From Tetramitus jugosus (lineage: Eukaryota; Protista; Heterolobosea): a stretch of 64,000 nt of DNA. The stretch lies in NCBI GenBank assembly GCA_937625935.1, contig OW569386.1, positions 124,001-188,000 of the forward strand, in the 5' to 3' direction. Within the stretch, counting starts at the first letter, position 1. Every line of letters starts with the position of its first letter. Positions 23,515 to 35,437 of this stretch are shown piece after piece. The notes beneath the pieces were generated by a model. The model was not told the DNA's origin. It saw nothing but the letters and a program-made list of their open reading frames with translations, and did no database searches. Made by a program: the position numbers and the translations under genes.

Positions 23515-25335
23515 ATGAACCAGTCACAACAACAGATAACGACGACAGATGAACCTGCATCTTCGTTGTCTTCTCCCCAAAGCCCAAACGGCAAATCATC
23601 TCTCATTGCGCAAAAGCTCGAACACATTCAACATGCACAAAAGCTTCAACAAGCTCAACGACAATTGCAGAAGGCCGATGAAGAACAGCAACAAAAACAT
23701 GAACAACAACAACAACAACATGAAGCTGAAGATGATGATGATGATCAGGTTGAACAACAAACAAGGTATTCCAAACGACAACAAGAGAAGAAGGCCATCA
23801 TCATTGTTAACAATGATCAACACCATCCAATGAAGAAGCTCAAGAAAGCAAAGTTGTTTACCAATGCTACTACTATCGATGTTTCCAAGGCAATGATGAT
23901 GTCGATGAACGAAGAAGAAGATGATGTGACCACACCAACGACAGCTACTACTACGACTACTACAATTACTTCTCCAACGTTGACCATGACCACTTCCATC
24001 TTATCCCTCCAAGAGGAAGAAGAAGAAGAGCTACAGTTAGCTGCCGCCGCAGAGGATATCTCAGCGACAATGACTCATCTTTCTCCTTATCAAAAATTCA
24101 AAAAGTTTTTGAGTAGTCAAATTTTTGCTCACATGCTCTTGTTTTTGGTTCAGATCATTTTTGGAGGATTTTGTGTGTTGGGACCCACTGCTGTCAAGGC
24201 CATTAATGCCATGGTGTTTTCTTGTCTACGGATAGGTATTATGGCTGTAACTTTGTTCCCGTTGGCTTGGATATTCGATCGGGACTTTTCATTCCACAGT
24301 AAGAATGTCGCGACAATGCCTATGGCTAGCTCTCAGAGTGGTGATGAACAATCGGTGCAGGAGATGGAGCATGAGGAGCCTGTTTTGGTCAAGGAAAAAA
24401 ATACGTTACAACGAATCAAGTATCATGTCACGGGACTGATACCTGGTCGTTCAGATGCTTTGTTGCTTGCTGCATGTGGTATAATGCTGTATGTGAGTGT
24501 CGCGGCATATACTGCTGCTGTTGCATTCATCTCTACGACGATTATTGGTATTTTGTCACCTCTAAGTACAGTTTTTACTTGTGTCATGTCTGTTGCACTC
24601 AAGAGAGAGCCGAAATCTGCGATGAAGTTTATTGGAGTGACATTGGCTGTCATTGGTTCCATGAGTATGCTTGTGATCACTTCATTAGTCGGTGGAAAGT
24701 CATCTGACTCGACTCAAGACGGTAAGAAATTGTTCGGAATGAACTTGGATATGAAATCGTTGGCTGGTATATTGTTGATGATGTTGAATGGATTCACCTG
24801 GGCTACATATTTGGTGCTACAGAAATCGATTCTAAACCGTGGAATACCTCCATTTACTCAATCTTCATGGGCCATGCTTTCTGCATTCATTTCTAGTTGC
24901 ATATGCAGTGCCTATTTCTTTGTGGGCTTCGATCCAAGAAAGTTGCACTCGATTGAAATTATTGGATTGCTTTATGCTTCTTTGGCATTTGGAACACTGA
25001 ATTACGGATTGAATGCTTTTGCGGCCAGAATTATCACGCCAACCATGTTGAGTGTCTACTCATGCTGCGCACCAATGGTGTCCGCTGCGTCGTTGTATTT
25101 ATTTTACGGAGAAACAACTACATGGTACGCAGTCATTGGAGTCGCATTTATTACAACTGGTGTCATGCTCGTGGCAATCTCAAAGGGTAGAGAGGCACGA
25201 ATAACGCAGAAAGCCCCAATGGATGAAAAAGTTGAAACAATTCCAAAGGAGTTAGAGATGATGGATTCCACAGAGCGTGATGTAGAACAAGATCTCGACC
25301 AGAAGGAGGAACTCAATTCTGTGAAGCTCGAGTAG
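23515..25335 (+). CDS. EamA/DMT family transporter (WAT1/MtN21-like)
   Basis: About 10 TM segments in two repeats, LKRE...KFIGV and WATYLVLQK; Q/T/E-rich N-terminus. Confidence 0.85.
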   Translation: MNQSQQQITTTDEPASSLSSPQSPNGKSSLIAQKLEHIQHAQKLQQAQRQLQKADEEQQQKHEQQQQQHEAEDDDDDQVEQQTRYSKRQQEKKAIIIVNNDQHHPMKKLKKAKLFTNATTIDVSKAMMMSMNEEEDDVTTPTTATTTTTTITSPTLTMTTSILSLQEEEEEELQLAAAAEDISATMTHLSPYQKFKKFLSSQIFAHMLLFLVQIIFGGFCVLGPTAVKAINAMVFSCLRIGIMAVTLFPLAWIFDRDFSFHSKNVATMPMASSQSGDEQSVQEMEHEEPVLVKEKNTLQRIKYHVTGLIPGRSDALLLAACGIMLYVSVAAYTAAVAFISTTIIGILSPLSTVFTCVMSVALKREPKSAMKFIGVTLAVIGSMSMLVITSLVGGKSSDSTQDGKKLFGMNLDMKSLAGILLMMLNGFTWATYLVLQKSILNRGIPPFTQSSWAMLSAFISSCICSAYFFVGFDPRKLHSIEIIGLLYASLAFGTLNYGLNAFAARIITPTMLSVYSCCAPMVSAASLYLFYGETTTWYAVIGVAFITTGVMLVAISKGREARITQKAPMDEKVETIPKELEMMDSTERDVEQDLDQKEELNSVKLE

Positions 25336-25461
25336 TGTTCATTGGTTGCAGGGACTGTTCATCCATCTTGTTTGTGCATTTAATTCAATTAAATAATTTG
25401 GAGTCTGTCTCTGTTGTTAGCTATCTATGATTCGTTTCATACTCAATCTGAAGGTCGTCCT

Positions 25462-28400
25462 TTATGGTTCATTGGTTGGAGACATTTTGCCTGGACATGT
25501 GACAGTAAAGGTGAATCGAGTCCACTGATCCTTGACAGATTCAGCTCTTATGTGACCACCCATGAGTTCACACAGGTTTTTAGAGATGAACAGACCAAGT
25601 CCTGAGAAAGTCCGATGAAGTATCGTGTTAGTGATTAGTGATATTCATGACCGTGAGAACAAATGAATTACATACCTGATCCACCATAGGAAGACCATGT
25701 TCTCACACTACTCTGACTGAATCTGTCGAATGAATGAGCCACTTCTTCCTCTGTCATTCCAATCCCGGTGTCCTTGACTGAAAATGTGAGTTCGTATTGT
25801 CCTTGAGATTGAGCAGATGGATGAACTGAACAAGCAATCTTAATAGTACCAGCTCGCTTGGAGAATTTCACTGCATTCGAAAGGAGGTTGATCAAGACTT
25901 GACTGATTCTCACAGAGTCATTGTACAATGTAGGATCCAAAGTGGATTTTTCAATTTTTAGGATGAGTTGCTTTTGTGCGATGGATGCTTCAAACATCTT
26001 CACTGCAGAATTGAGCAACCGGGTAGCTCTGAAAGGTACAATATTGAGTGCCACTTGATGCGATTCGAGTCTTGAAAGTGTTAATACGTCGTTGATGATC
26101 ACATTTTGATGCTTGGTACATATATTAATAGCTTCTATGGCCTCATCTATGGAGTTTAGTTGTTCCTTGATGACTTCATCACAGATATGTAGCATTTCAA
26201 TGGATTTGGTTCTCTTCTCAAATTCATTCATCAACTCGAACACCTTATGTAACGGATTTCTGAGTTGATCGCATATGTGGTTCGTAAATACTTCTTGCTT
26301 GACTTGATAGTTCTCTGCTTCCATGGCTCTCTGTCTTTGCATTTCGGCCACAATCTTAGCGGCAGACACTTGAGCCTTGAAGTGCATGGCGTTTTCAAGA
26401 GCAATTGCCATTTGGGAGGCCAAGATAGTCAGCACTCTCATTCTCTCAAGATTGAATGCATTTGTGATGAGGTTGTTCTCTAGATAGAGAACAGCTTTGA
26501 GATCACTCTGCCTCAATATTGGTAGACAGATAATACTCTTGCACTTATTTTCCATGATATAGGGAAGTTTTGAGAAGAGGGCATCTGAAGATACATCACC
26601 AATGACGATTGGTTCTTTGCTTCTTGTTACATATTCAATGATAGGTATACATCCGTTTTTCCATTCGCTAATTTGGATTCCTTTAAGTGTCTCAATGAAA
26701 TTGCTATTCAAGGGATTGTACTCTGCTTCTACTTTGTTGTCCAGGATACAAGCTCCTCTTTGAGCACCACTCACCTCAATGAGTGTTTTCATGGTGTTGT
26801 AGAGCAATTTTTTCATGTCTATACTGCTCGATATGAACTGGGAACTCTTGATTACAGAGTATAAGTCACACTTTTGATTGAAGGAAACAGTGTCAGTGTC
26901 AGGAGAAGAATCACTTGGAGATTCCACTGTTGGAAACAAGTTTGGATAATCTTGAGATAGCTGTGCAATTTTTGTCTTGGCACCCCAACGCTTATACACC
27001 TTGTATGCTCTCTTGAGATACATGTGTCCAATATCAGGCTTGTTTTCAGAGCACCAAAAAGACGCTGCCAATTCATTGGCCAGCGCACACTCCCAAGTTA
27101 ACGAGTATTTCTCTGCCTGATCAATCGATCTGTCATAATAATCTATGGTTCTCATACCACGTTGTCCTTCCACTCTGGAAAGTTCGGCACAAGCGAGTAA
27201 GTATTTGTTCTCAAAATTGTCTGGGCATTTATCGCTCCATTGGTGTAGCATTGACAACAGCCTATCAATTTTCATCCTTTTCTGAGTTCGGAGTGATGGG
27301 TGTTGTGTACGTTCTAAATCTTGGATGAGGGCCAGACAACTTATAAACGTTAGTAGCACGTAGGCATAGTTTGTTCTTATGAGTTCAACATGTTCCTTTG
27401 TTTCTTTTACACAGTCCAGAATGGCGTCCAAATTTTTTCTTCGATCCAGTATGAACAAGAAAATGGCTCGGTACATTGAATCGAATACTAACGTTGCCAT
27501 AGTTTGTAAATTACCTTTTAGTTTTACTTCCTCTCTTATCATCTCTCTATCGTTGAAAGTACTTATCTCTGTGAGAATCGAAAGTTCTTGTTGTAACACG
27601 TTGATACTTAGGGATGTGACGTCTGCATTGTTGGCAATTCGACAAAAGTCTCTGACTTTGTGACAAGTTTTCAGTATGGATGGTATACTGTCACCAGAGG
27701 AAAATCCGAAGAATGGCAGCGCTCCAGCAGAAAATCCAGATCGCAGACCTTCTCCAATCTTCTTTGACAGTTGAAGCGATTTCTCAACATGTTCCTTGCA
27801 TCTTGAAATGGGACCAAACCAGTGACCGGTCGTAATTCCATGCAGCTGTAGAATTCTGAATCTCTCTTTCAACCTATCTCTCTGGGCAATTTCTAATACA
27901 AATTTGTCGAGTTCATAGATATCGTTGTATGTGAAAATCTCTTGATCTAGAATGCACAACACTGAATTAAGAAAGCCGAGACAGACAATGAGGTCACCAT
28001 TATAACCGTACTTCAGCATAAACTCCAAGAATAGAACAAGAAAGCAATGGTGTAACATCTGATCTGTGAGCATGGTCGTTACTAGTAGACAGGGAAACAT
28101 CATCGACATGGTAATCATTTCTTCACTTCCCATCCTTGGCAAATGTTTCATGAGACTATCACATATTCCCAGTTCTCCGTTATCTTTTGCGACATAATCA
28201 CTCAACATTCTTCTCACCAAAGATAGTTTCTCCCAAAAGAATCTCTGTCTATCAACCTGTGACTCTGGGATAACGAGACCAAATTGTCGTAATGTGGCTA
28301 AGCCACGATCGATTGTCTTTTTGAAATCAACATTGAAGATGTTTCTGAGCGTCAACGATGTGGCTAGTATTTTTTCGATATGAGAAATAGATCGCTTCTC

Positions 28401-31400
28401 CAGAACTTCCAGAGTGCTCTGTAATGCCTCATATACGTTTGTCAAGTGAAAGAGATTCTCGAGATCTACGTACAATTTAAATAACATGTCATGATGTTTT
28501 GCCCAAATGTCATCTTCATTCATACCAGTCTCCATATCGAAAATACAGTCGATTGCTGATTTAGTGTATGGTATTGCAGCACTAAGAGCAAATTTGTTTT
28601 GAGTGCTAGATGCTGCTATATGATTATAATTACAGAGTTTCTGCAGAACAACACGGCGAGCTCGTTCATCGGTGCGTTGTAAAATCACATTTCTTCCCTT
28701 GTTCAAGTGAGACACCATGCTCAAAAAATCGTTTTCGTCTAACATATCTATATTTTCTTCGAATAGTTGACTTCCAATTTTGTAATGAATCGCTTCTTTC
28801 TCTTCCTTTGGAATGTATGAGTATAGAGCTTCTTGCACTCGATCATGGGCGAAGGAGAAAATTGTGTCGTTCATGTGGACGAGACCAGCGTTGATTACTG
28901 GATAGAGTACTTCTTTTAGTTTTTCCTCTGTGAGGCTGGTCACATCCATCAGCAAGTGAAGAGGAAAAGAACATCCAAAGCAACTAGCCGTGTATAGTAC
29001 AGATTTGATCTCAGCAGAAAATTTGCTCAACCTTGATATCATTAGATCTAAAATGTTCTCTCTCAATCGGGCCTTGAACAATTTATCTTTGGAATATTCC
29101 CAGGAGGAATGGGAATGATAAATGACTCCTTCATCATAAAATTCTCGAACTAGCATCCGACAATATAGAGGATTACCCTCGCTTCGATCATAGATCAAAC
29201 GTGCCAAATCTTCCGTTTTGGATAGATCTTTGGTTTTGAAACAGTCAGCCAGAAACAGCTTGAGATGATTCAGTGCGAGTGGATGCAGGACAATCTTGTT
29301 GATTGGTATGTTGGTTTTTCGAATTTCTCGAAGAGTTGCGGTTAAGGGATGTTGTTCATCAACTTCATCATCTCGGTAAGATAGTACAACCATGGAGTGT
29401 TTGAGATTAGAGTACTTTAGCATGGTTTGTAAGAAGCGTAGACTATCATCATCTGCCCACTGCACGTCATCCAGATATAAGATGTAAGGCAACGAAAATG
29501 ACTCTAGGAACAGAGTGACGACCATTGCGAGAGATTTAGGATCACTAGCACCAGTTTCCTTAGCAGCCATAATGCTCTCTTCAGATATCACGGCCTTTAA
29601 TTCAGGCATTAAATTTAACAGCAGTACAATATCGCTCCCAAGAGTGGATATCAAATTGTTTGTCCAGGACTGAATTTGTTGAAATGGCCAACTGAACACT
29701 CGACGAACGAGCATCCGCAGAGCATTGATAATAGCACTATAAGCCATTCCCTTGTTAACTTGATCGTATTTTCCTGACAGAAACAAGTGGGCAGAATTCA
29801 GCCGTTTCATTGCTTCAAATACCAAGGTCGTTTTACCCACTCCGGCTGATCCAGTAATGATTGTCACCTCAGGCTTCTCTGTTCCCAAAATACGATTGAA
29901 GATATTGACGATAGAGACTATTTCCTCCTCGCGTCCATATAATCTGTTGGGCATCATTAATTCATTCGTATAGTCATTCCTTCCTAGAGTGAAGGGCTCG
30001 ATATCTCCTTTTCCTTCCTTTACTGCTATCCAACACTGTTGAATGTCATGAAATAGTCCCATGCATGATTGATATCTACCATCTTGATTTTTCTTCAACA
30101 GTTTCATGACAATATCGGAGAGGACTTGCGGTATTGACGCAGCAGATTGAGACCTAAGTTCATATGGACGGACCGGTTCTTTGGCGAGATGACAATGGAT
30201 GAGCTCCATCGCATCCAAAGAATCAAATGGCAAACTTCCTGTTAATAATTGATACAACGTCACACCTAAACTGTACAAATCTGAAGTATAGTTGATACTT
30301 CTATTAATTCTGCCTGTTGCTTCTGGGGAAATATAAGCCAATGATTGCTTTGTTTGAAGTTCGCTATCCACTGATGTCAGAGTACCTGATTCGTGTGTGA
30401 TCCTTTGAAGTGAGTGTAGACCTACAATCTTGACTACTCCCGTTTCTACATCAATCGCACAGTTATTTGGCCGCATGTCCATGTGTAACAAGCGTTGATC
30501 ATGTATCTCTGATAAACCTAATGCCAACTGCATCGCAATTTCACAAAACATATCGATTGAAAAGCCCCGTGTTGGAATGTGATCTGCCAGACACTCTCCA
30601 CAATCCTCCATCACAATCATCATATGATTGCGCTTCCTCCATCTTACTCCACCGTCCTTTACACAAGAATAATCTACAATGATATCATCCTTCAAGGACT
30701 CGTGATGATCACTTTCTCCTTTGTTCTCTCTATTTACACTTGCACGATCCATATCGAATTCATCATCCTTATTATCATTGTTATCCTCTGCTGACATTAG
30801 TAGACACTGGGAAGCCAATGACCGATAATGATACTGATTGGGCGAGTTCAGAGGCGACAACAATGACGAAGAGAGTATTTCACCCGTCATCACACTGTCT
30901 CTATCATTGTGCATTTCTTTTTCATTGCTCTGAATCAAGTCCAAATATCGAACAACATGACTTCCTTCAAACAAAAAGCACCATTGTGAGGAATCATGAG
31001 GAGGAGGAGCAACGGGCACAAAATGAGTCGATATTTCAGTAGCTAACTGATACTCTGACATCAACTTTCGTTTTGATTGTTTACTCTGAATATGCTTCTT
31101 CCATAAAAGCACAATCGTTGGAGACTTGATGGTTCCAGCATGATGATCCAATGCGATCTCACGATTTTTCTTGTTGTGCTTGCTGACGTGAGCTCTGAAA
31201 ATTTGTTGCTGTCGGCAAACAGCTTCCGTAATCTTGTAGCACGTGGTTGATGCAACACATGCTCGTTCTTTGTTGGGATTGACTTCTTCAGCCGTACATG
31301 ATTTACAAGTTGAACTGCCATCTCGAGTAGCGTATGATTCATGCTCATCTCTATCATCCATCTCTGACATATCGCTATGGAAGTTAGTAGGCATTGGTTT

Positions 31401-31415
31401 TTGACTTTCGACCAT
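25462..31415 (-). CDS. Multidomain Ser/Thr kinase-like, AAA ATPase, GAF, histidine kinase protein without receiver; exons 31415-25676 and 25601-25462
   Basis: YISPEATGR, Walker A GSAGVGKT, LYLDDVQWAD, GAF VLYLENN, N box NLLSNAVKF, G1 VKDTGIG; intron 25602-25675 completes G2 YGGSGLGLFISKNLCELMGG; stop at 25462. Confidence 0.88.
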
Positions 31416-31723
31416 TCTTCTTTCCAGTCATTAGGTACGAAAACACGTGAATTCTGATGCTACTTTGTAGGAACCAGAATGAAACAAGAGTTCAGATTTC
31501 TTTTGTGGTTAATGTCTATAATTTGAATCCATCTATAATTGGATCGGGCAGTAAGCTACTAAACTCGGACCTATGTTCCGTTGTGGTCGATTTGGTTACA
31601 GATGTAAAGATCGGAGTTATCATCAAACTTCACAATGAAACATGACACTTCAAGAAGAACTCTTGCGTTTGTGGTGAACAACAAAGAAACACCAGCAAAA
31701 ACTTGTACTATCAGCAGTAAAGA

Positions 31724-32236
31724 ATGACAAGGAGCACGTCCAACAACAACAATGACGCCGTAGCAAGGTGCGAACAATGTGATGCACCACTCACTCAAAA
31801 GAACAATGAAGAAGAAGAATACTCTGACGATGATAATAACGAAAATGACAATGATTCTTCCTCTAGTGGTACCACTTCAAGTGAGGAAGATGAAGAAGGA
31901 AATGAACCACAAGAGGAAAGCGAGAACAATGACAACGAGAAGAAGCAAGCCAATGAAGAAGGCACGTTCGTTGGTGGTGGTGATGGTTTTGTTGTGGATC
32001 CAAATGGAGATGACATGGCCTATGGATTGAAACGACGGAGGCAACTTGGTCAGAACAAGAGCGCGTTGCACAAGGTGTATGGCAGAAAGAAGAGAACGGG
32101 TCATCGATTCACTTGCTGTGAATTGTGTAATTCATGGCATCCTGCCAAAATGAAATTGAGCAAGAGATTGGAAACCGCAAAGGAAGCAAATCTGACAGCA
32201 CATGCCATTACCAAGGGCAATAATGAGTTGTTGTAA
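31724..32236 (+). CDS. Small hypothetical protein, acidic N-half and basic C-half with CCELCNSWH
   Basis: 170-aa ATG ORF with protein-like composition filling the intergenic space. Confidence 0.55.
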   Translation: MTRSTSNNNNDAVARCEQCDAPLTQKNNEEEEYSDDDNNENDNDSSSSGTTSSEEDEEGNEPQEESENNDNEKKQANEEGTFVGGGDGFVVDPNGDDMAYGLKRRRQLGQNKSALHKVYGRKKRTGHRFTCCELCNSWHPAKMKLSKRLETAKEANLTAHAITKGNNELL

Positions 32237-32317
32237 TAAGGGAGAAAAAGTTGTAGGATTGTGTAAATGAGATGTTTTTGAAAGAATATGATATTGTTGT
32301 CTGAATCCATGGATATA

Positions 32318-34184
32318 TTATACCGCTCCATTACTTCCGTATTTGTGTTGCCATTCTTCGTACATTGCTTTGTAGGCACCACCACTGGGCTTGGTTGAGA
32401 ACAAAGCATTTTGGACATCTTGGAGTGTAATCTTGTTTTTTTGAAGCATGAGAGTTGGATTGAGATTGGTGGGAGTAGTATTGTCTCTTTCCATCTGAGC
32501 AATGTGGAACATGACTTGCCTCAACTTTTTCATGGCACTCTCCTTGCAAACGAGAGACAAATCTGCACCGCTGTAATTAGTCGTTTCTTTGGCTAATACT
32601 TCGTAATCGGCGGCAGAGAGAGACGAGTAATCATCGTGAGCTAGCAACTTTTCCATAATGTGTTTTCTACTGGTTTCGTCAGGAAGCCCCACGAGTATTC
32701 TTTTTTCTAAGCGACGTAGCATGGCTTGATCAAGATCCCACGGTAGATTACTTGCTGCTAAAACAAATACTTGACCTTTTCTCTTACTTAAACCATCCAT
32801 CTGGATTAACAATTCAGTTTTCATTCTTCTACTTCCCTCATGCTCGCTCCCTGATGATCCACTCTGTCTCTGGGACATGATACTATCGAGTTCATCGAGA
32901 AATATTGTGCTTGGAGAGTAGTGTTCAGCCAATTCAAACAAAATTCGAACCAACTTTTCACTGTCTCCTCTCCATTTACTCACAATACTGCTCGCACTGA
33001 TATTAAAGAAAGTGGTCCGACACTCAGTGGCAACAGCTTTTGCTAACATAGTCTGTTGTATTCGTACGTAGATGTGTAATGTGTGTCAGTACATATAAGT
33101 GAATAGGACAAGTACAACGCGAGGCAGCTATTCATACCTTACCGGTGCCCGGAGGTCCGAACAACAGAACACCATTCCAGGGTGACAATACTGGAATAGT
33201 ATTGAACAACTCTGGATACTTGAGTGGGATTACAACTGCTTCCTTAATCAGCTGTTTTGCATCGGCTAAGCCGGCAATATCATCCCAATGAACTTCAGGA
33301 TTGGACACCAAGATATCTCTCCGTATGACTTCTGCCAACTCCCTCATTTCTCCAAAGTAAAACTCTTCGGGCAGTGGTCTCAGTATTCTCTCTTCGAAAT
33401 AGTCGTCGTCTGAATCGGATTGTTGTTGAAGTGAAGATTCGTCCTCTCCTAATGGTGGGTCATCAGTTGACAGTTTCTTCCCAGAAACGTCAATAGCATC
33501 TTGAGGGACAGTAGCATTCTTACTAGTTGAACTGGATTTTACTAGAACCTTCTTTCGATCATTCGTACTGCTGGTGGAGCTTAATTTTTGAGTCGCTGAG
33601 TTTGATCTTGATGATTGCTTCGTGTTGGAGTTAGTGCTAGAAACACCACTTGTTACTGGTAGTGTACCTTGTTGTGCTACTCTTTGGCGCATCTTATTGA
33701 GTAGCGGATTAGAGCTTGAATATGGTTTCGAAGTTTTGTGCTCTTTCTCCATTTCACCACCAGTTCGAGTGTAATTGTAAGGCTGTGCCGATCCATCATT
33801 CTTTCTGAAAAATTTGGGTTTCTTTCCAAACTTCATTGTGTAGTACTCTTCATATTCGATGAATATTGAATCTAGATCAACATTATCGGCACAAGAAACA
33901 GACGATAGGTTGAACCCAATATTGTTCGCTAGTTCTCTTGCCGCAGAGAGGAATCCGTTCTCCGATAGAAACTGATGTACCACGACAAGAGTAGCTTTCT
34001 TCCTCTCTTGGGTTAGTTTTTCGGCAGCTTCTCTTGCTTTTCCAGAGAGTTTGGAAGCTGAGTAATTCGAATTCGTACTATTACCAGAGTTGTTAGAGGT
34101 AACAGAGAGTCCATTGGAGATATTGTTCTGGTTGGTTGTATTGCTCAGCACAGCTGCTATGTTACTGGATTGATTGCTATTCAT
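32318..34184 (-). CDS. KATNAL2: Katanin p60 subunit A-like 2 (LisH plus AAA); exons 34184-33138 and 33052-32318
   Basis: LisH-like VVHQFLSENGF, CADNVDL; intron 33053-33137 joins GPPGTGK|TMLAKAVATEC; SKWRGDSEKL, EHEGSRRMKTELL. Confidence 0.93.
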
Positions 34185-34310
34185 TTCTCTTGGAAATCAC
34201 CTCCAAGCAAAATTGGCCGCGCCAAACTTACTGTAAATGGACAGGTGGAGTCGAAAAACAATAAACTTTCACAATTCTATTCTGGATATATTCACAGCTC
34301 ATCCATCACT

Positions 34311-35165
34311 TTATTGTTGATCAATCATCTCAGCTGTGCCATCATGAAATGATTCCATGATTTGATTGCTCACAATCACATGCATCAACACGTCATCATT
34401 CGTTGACGGTTTCTGACTCAGGATCTTTAGTGTCACCAGAGGAACAGATTGATTCGAATAGATTTGAATGGACTCTCCAACCATTAGTAATTGATTCAAT
34501 GGTAATCGTGTCATCATATCAGATATCCACTCTTGCTCTTGTTGTTGTTGTTGGTGGTGCGACTCCTGTTGCTGCTGTTGCGACATGGTAGAATTCAACA
34601 TGTTGCTACAAACATGTGATTTCTCATCATTGATGGCATTATTGCTTTGATTTATGATGAGACGAGACTTGAAAAACAGAAAAGCTTGATCCATTGTCCT
34701 TGTCCGTTCATTATTGTTATCCTTAAAATCATTCTGATGATTGCTCTGATTATTATTATTAATATTATTGTTGTTGTTGTTGTTGTTTGATATCATATAC
34801 AACAAATGATTGTTGCTGTTATTGTTATTGTTGCTATACATGGTTCCACTCCAATTCTGTTGAAAAGAATGGAGACTTGAGCGCATGCACTCCCAATGGT
34901 TGACAAGATAATCTAGAATGTCTTTCATCGTGATACAGTCAGGAGTCACTTGTACAATCATAAAGTGACCACTGTAGTCTTCAATGGACACCATGTAATC
35001 ACAGTTGTTTCTATGACACTTGTTTCGCTTGTTTTGTGCAATGATGCAATCTTTGTCGTTGTTTGATTGTTGATATTGGTGTTCCCATGCTTGTTCAACA
35101 GCGTCATGATCTTCTTGCTTGCGGGTGCAACTTTGATAGTCATATTCGTGTCGTGAACGTTTCAT
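34311..35165 (-). CDS. Hypothetical Asn/Gln-rich protein
   Basis: Open frame from ATG 35165 with poly-N/Q tracts as in neighbouring genes; AATAAA overlaps the stop. Confidence 0.55.
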   Translation of the reverse strand: MKRSRHEYDYQSCTRKQEDHDAVEQAWEHQYQQSNNDKDCIIAQNKRNKCHRNNCDYMVSIEDYSGHFMIVQVTPDCITMKDILDYLVNHWECMRSSLHSFQQNWSGTMYSNNNNNSNNHLLYMISNNNNNNNNINNNNQSNHQNDFKDNNNERTRTMDQAFLFFKSRLIINQSNNAINDEKSHVCSNMLNSTMSQQQQQESHHQQQQQEQEWISDMMTRLPLNQLLMVGESIQIYSNQSVPLVTLKILSQKPSTNDDVLMHVIVSNQIMESFHDGTAEMIDQQ

Positions 35166-35437
35166 TCTTTGGTCTCTGGTGAATGTGGCGGTGGTTTTTC
35201 TGTGTTTTTTATTTTGAAGCACAAAAAGGTTTTGCACAGAACTGTGGAGGCGTGTCTTTTGTTAATGGAGTATTCGAACCTTTCAGCCGTTCGGATACCA
35301 TTGCGGCTAATAGATTGATTTGTTTTGGTGAAAACCGGAAAGAGAGCGGATATTTTTGTTTCAGTGGGAAGATCCTCCGATTGATCATTCAATCGCGAAA
35401 TTTTGGCGGTCCAAAGCAAAAAAACAAAAAAGGAGTG

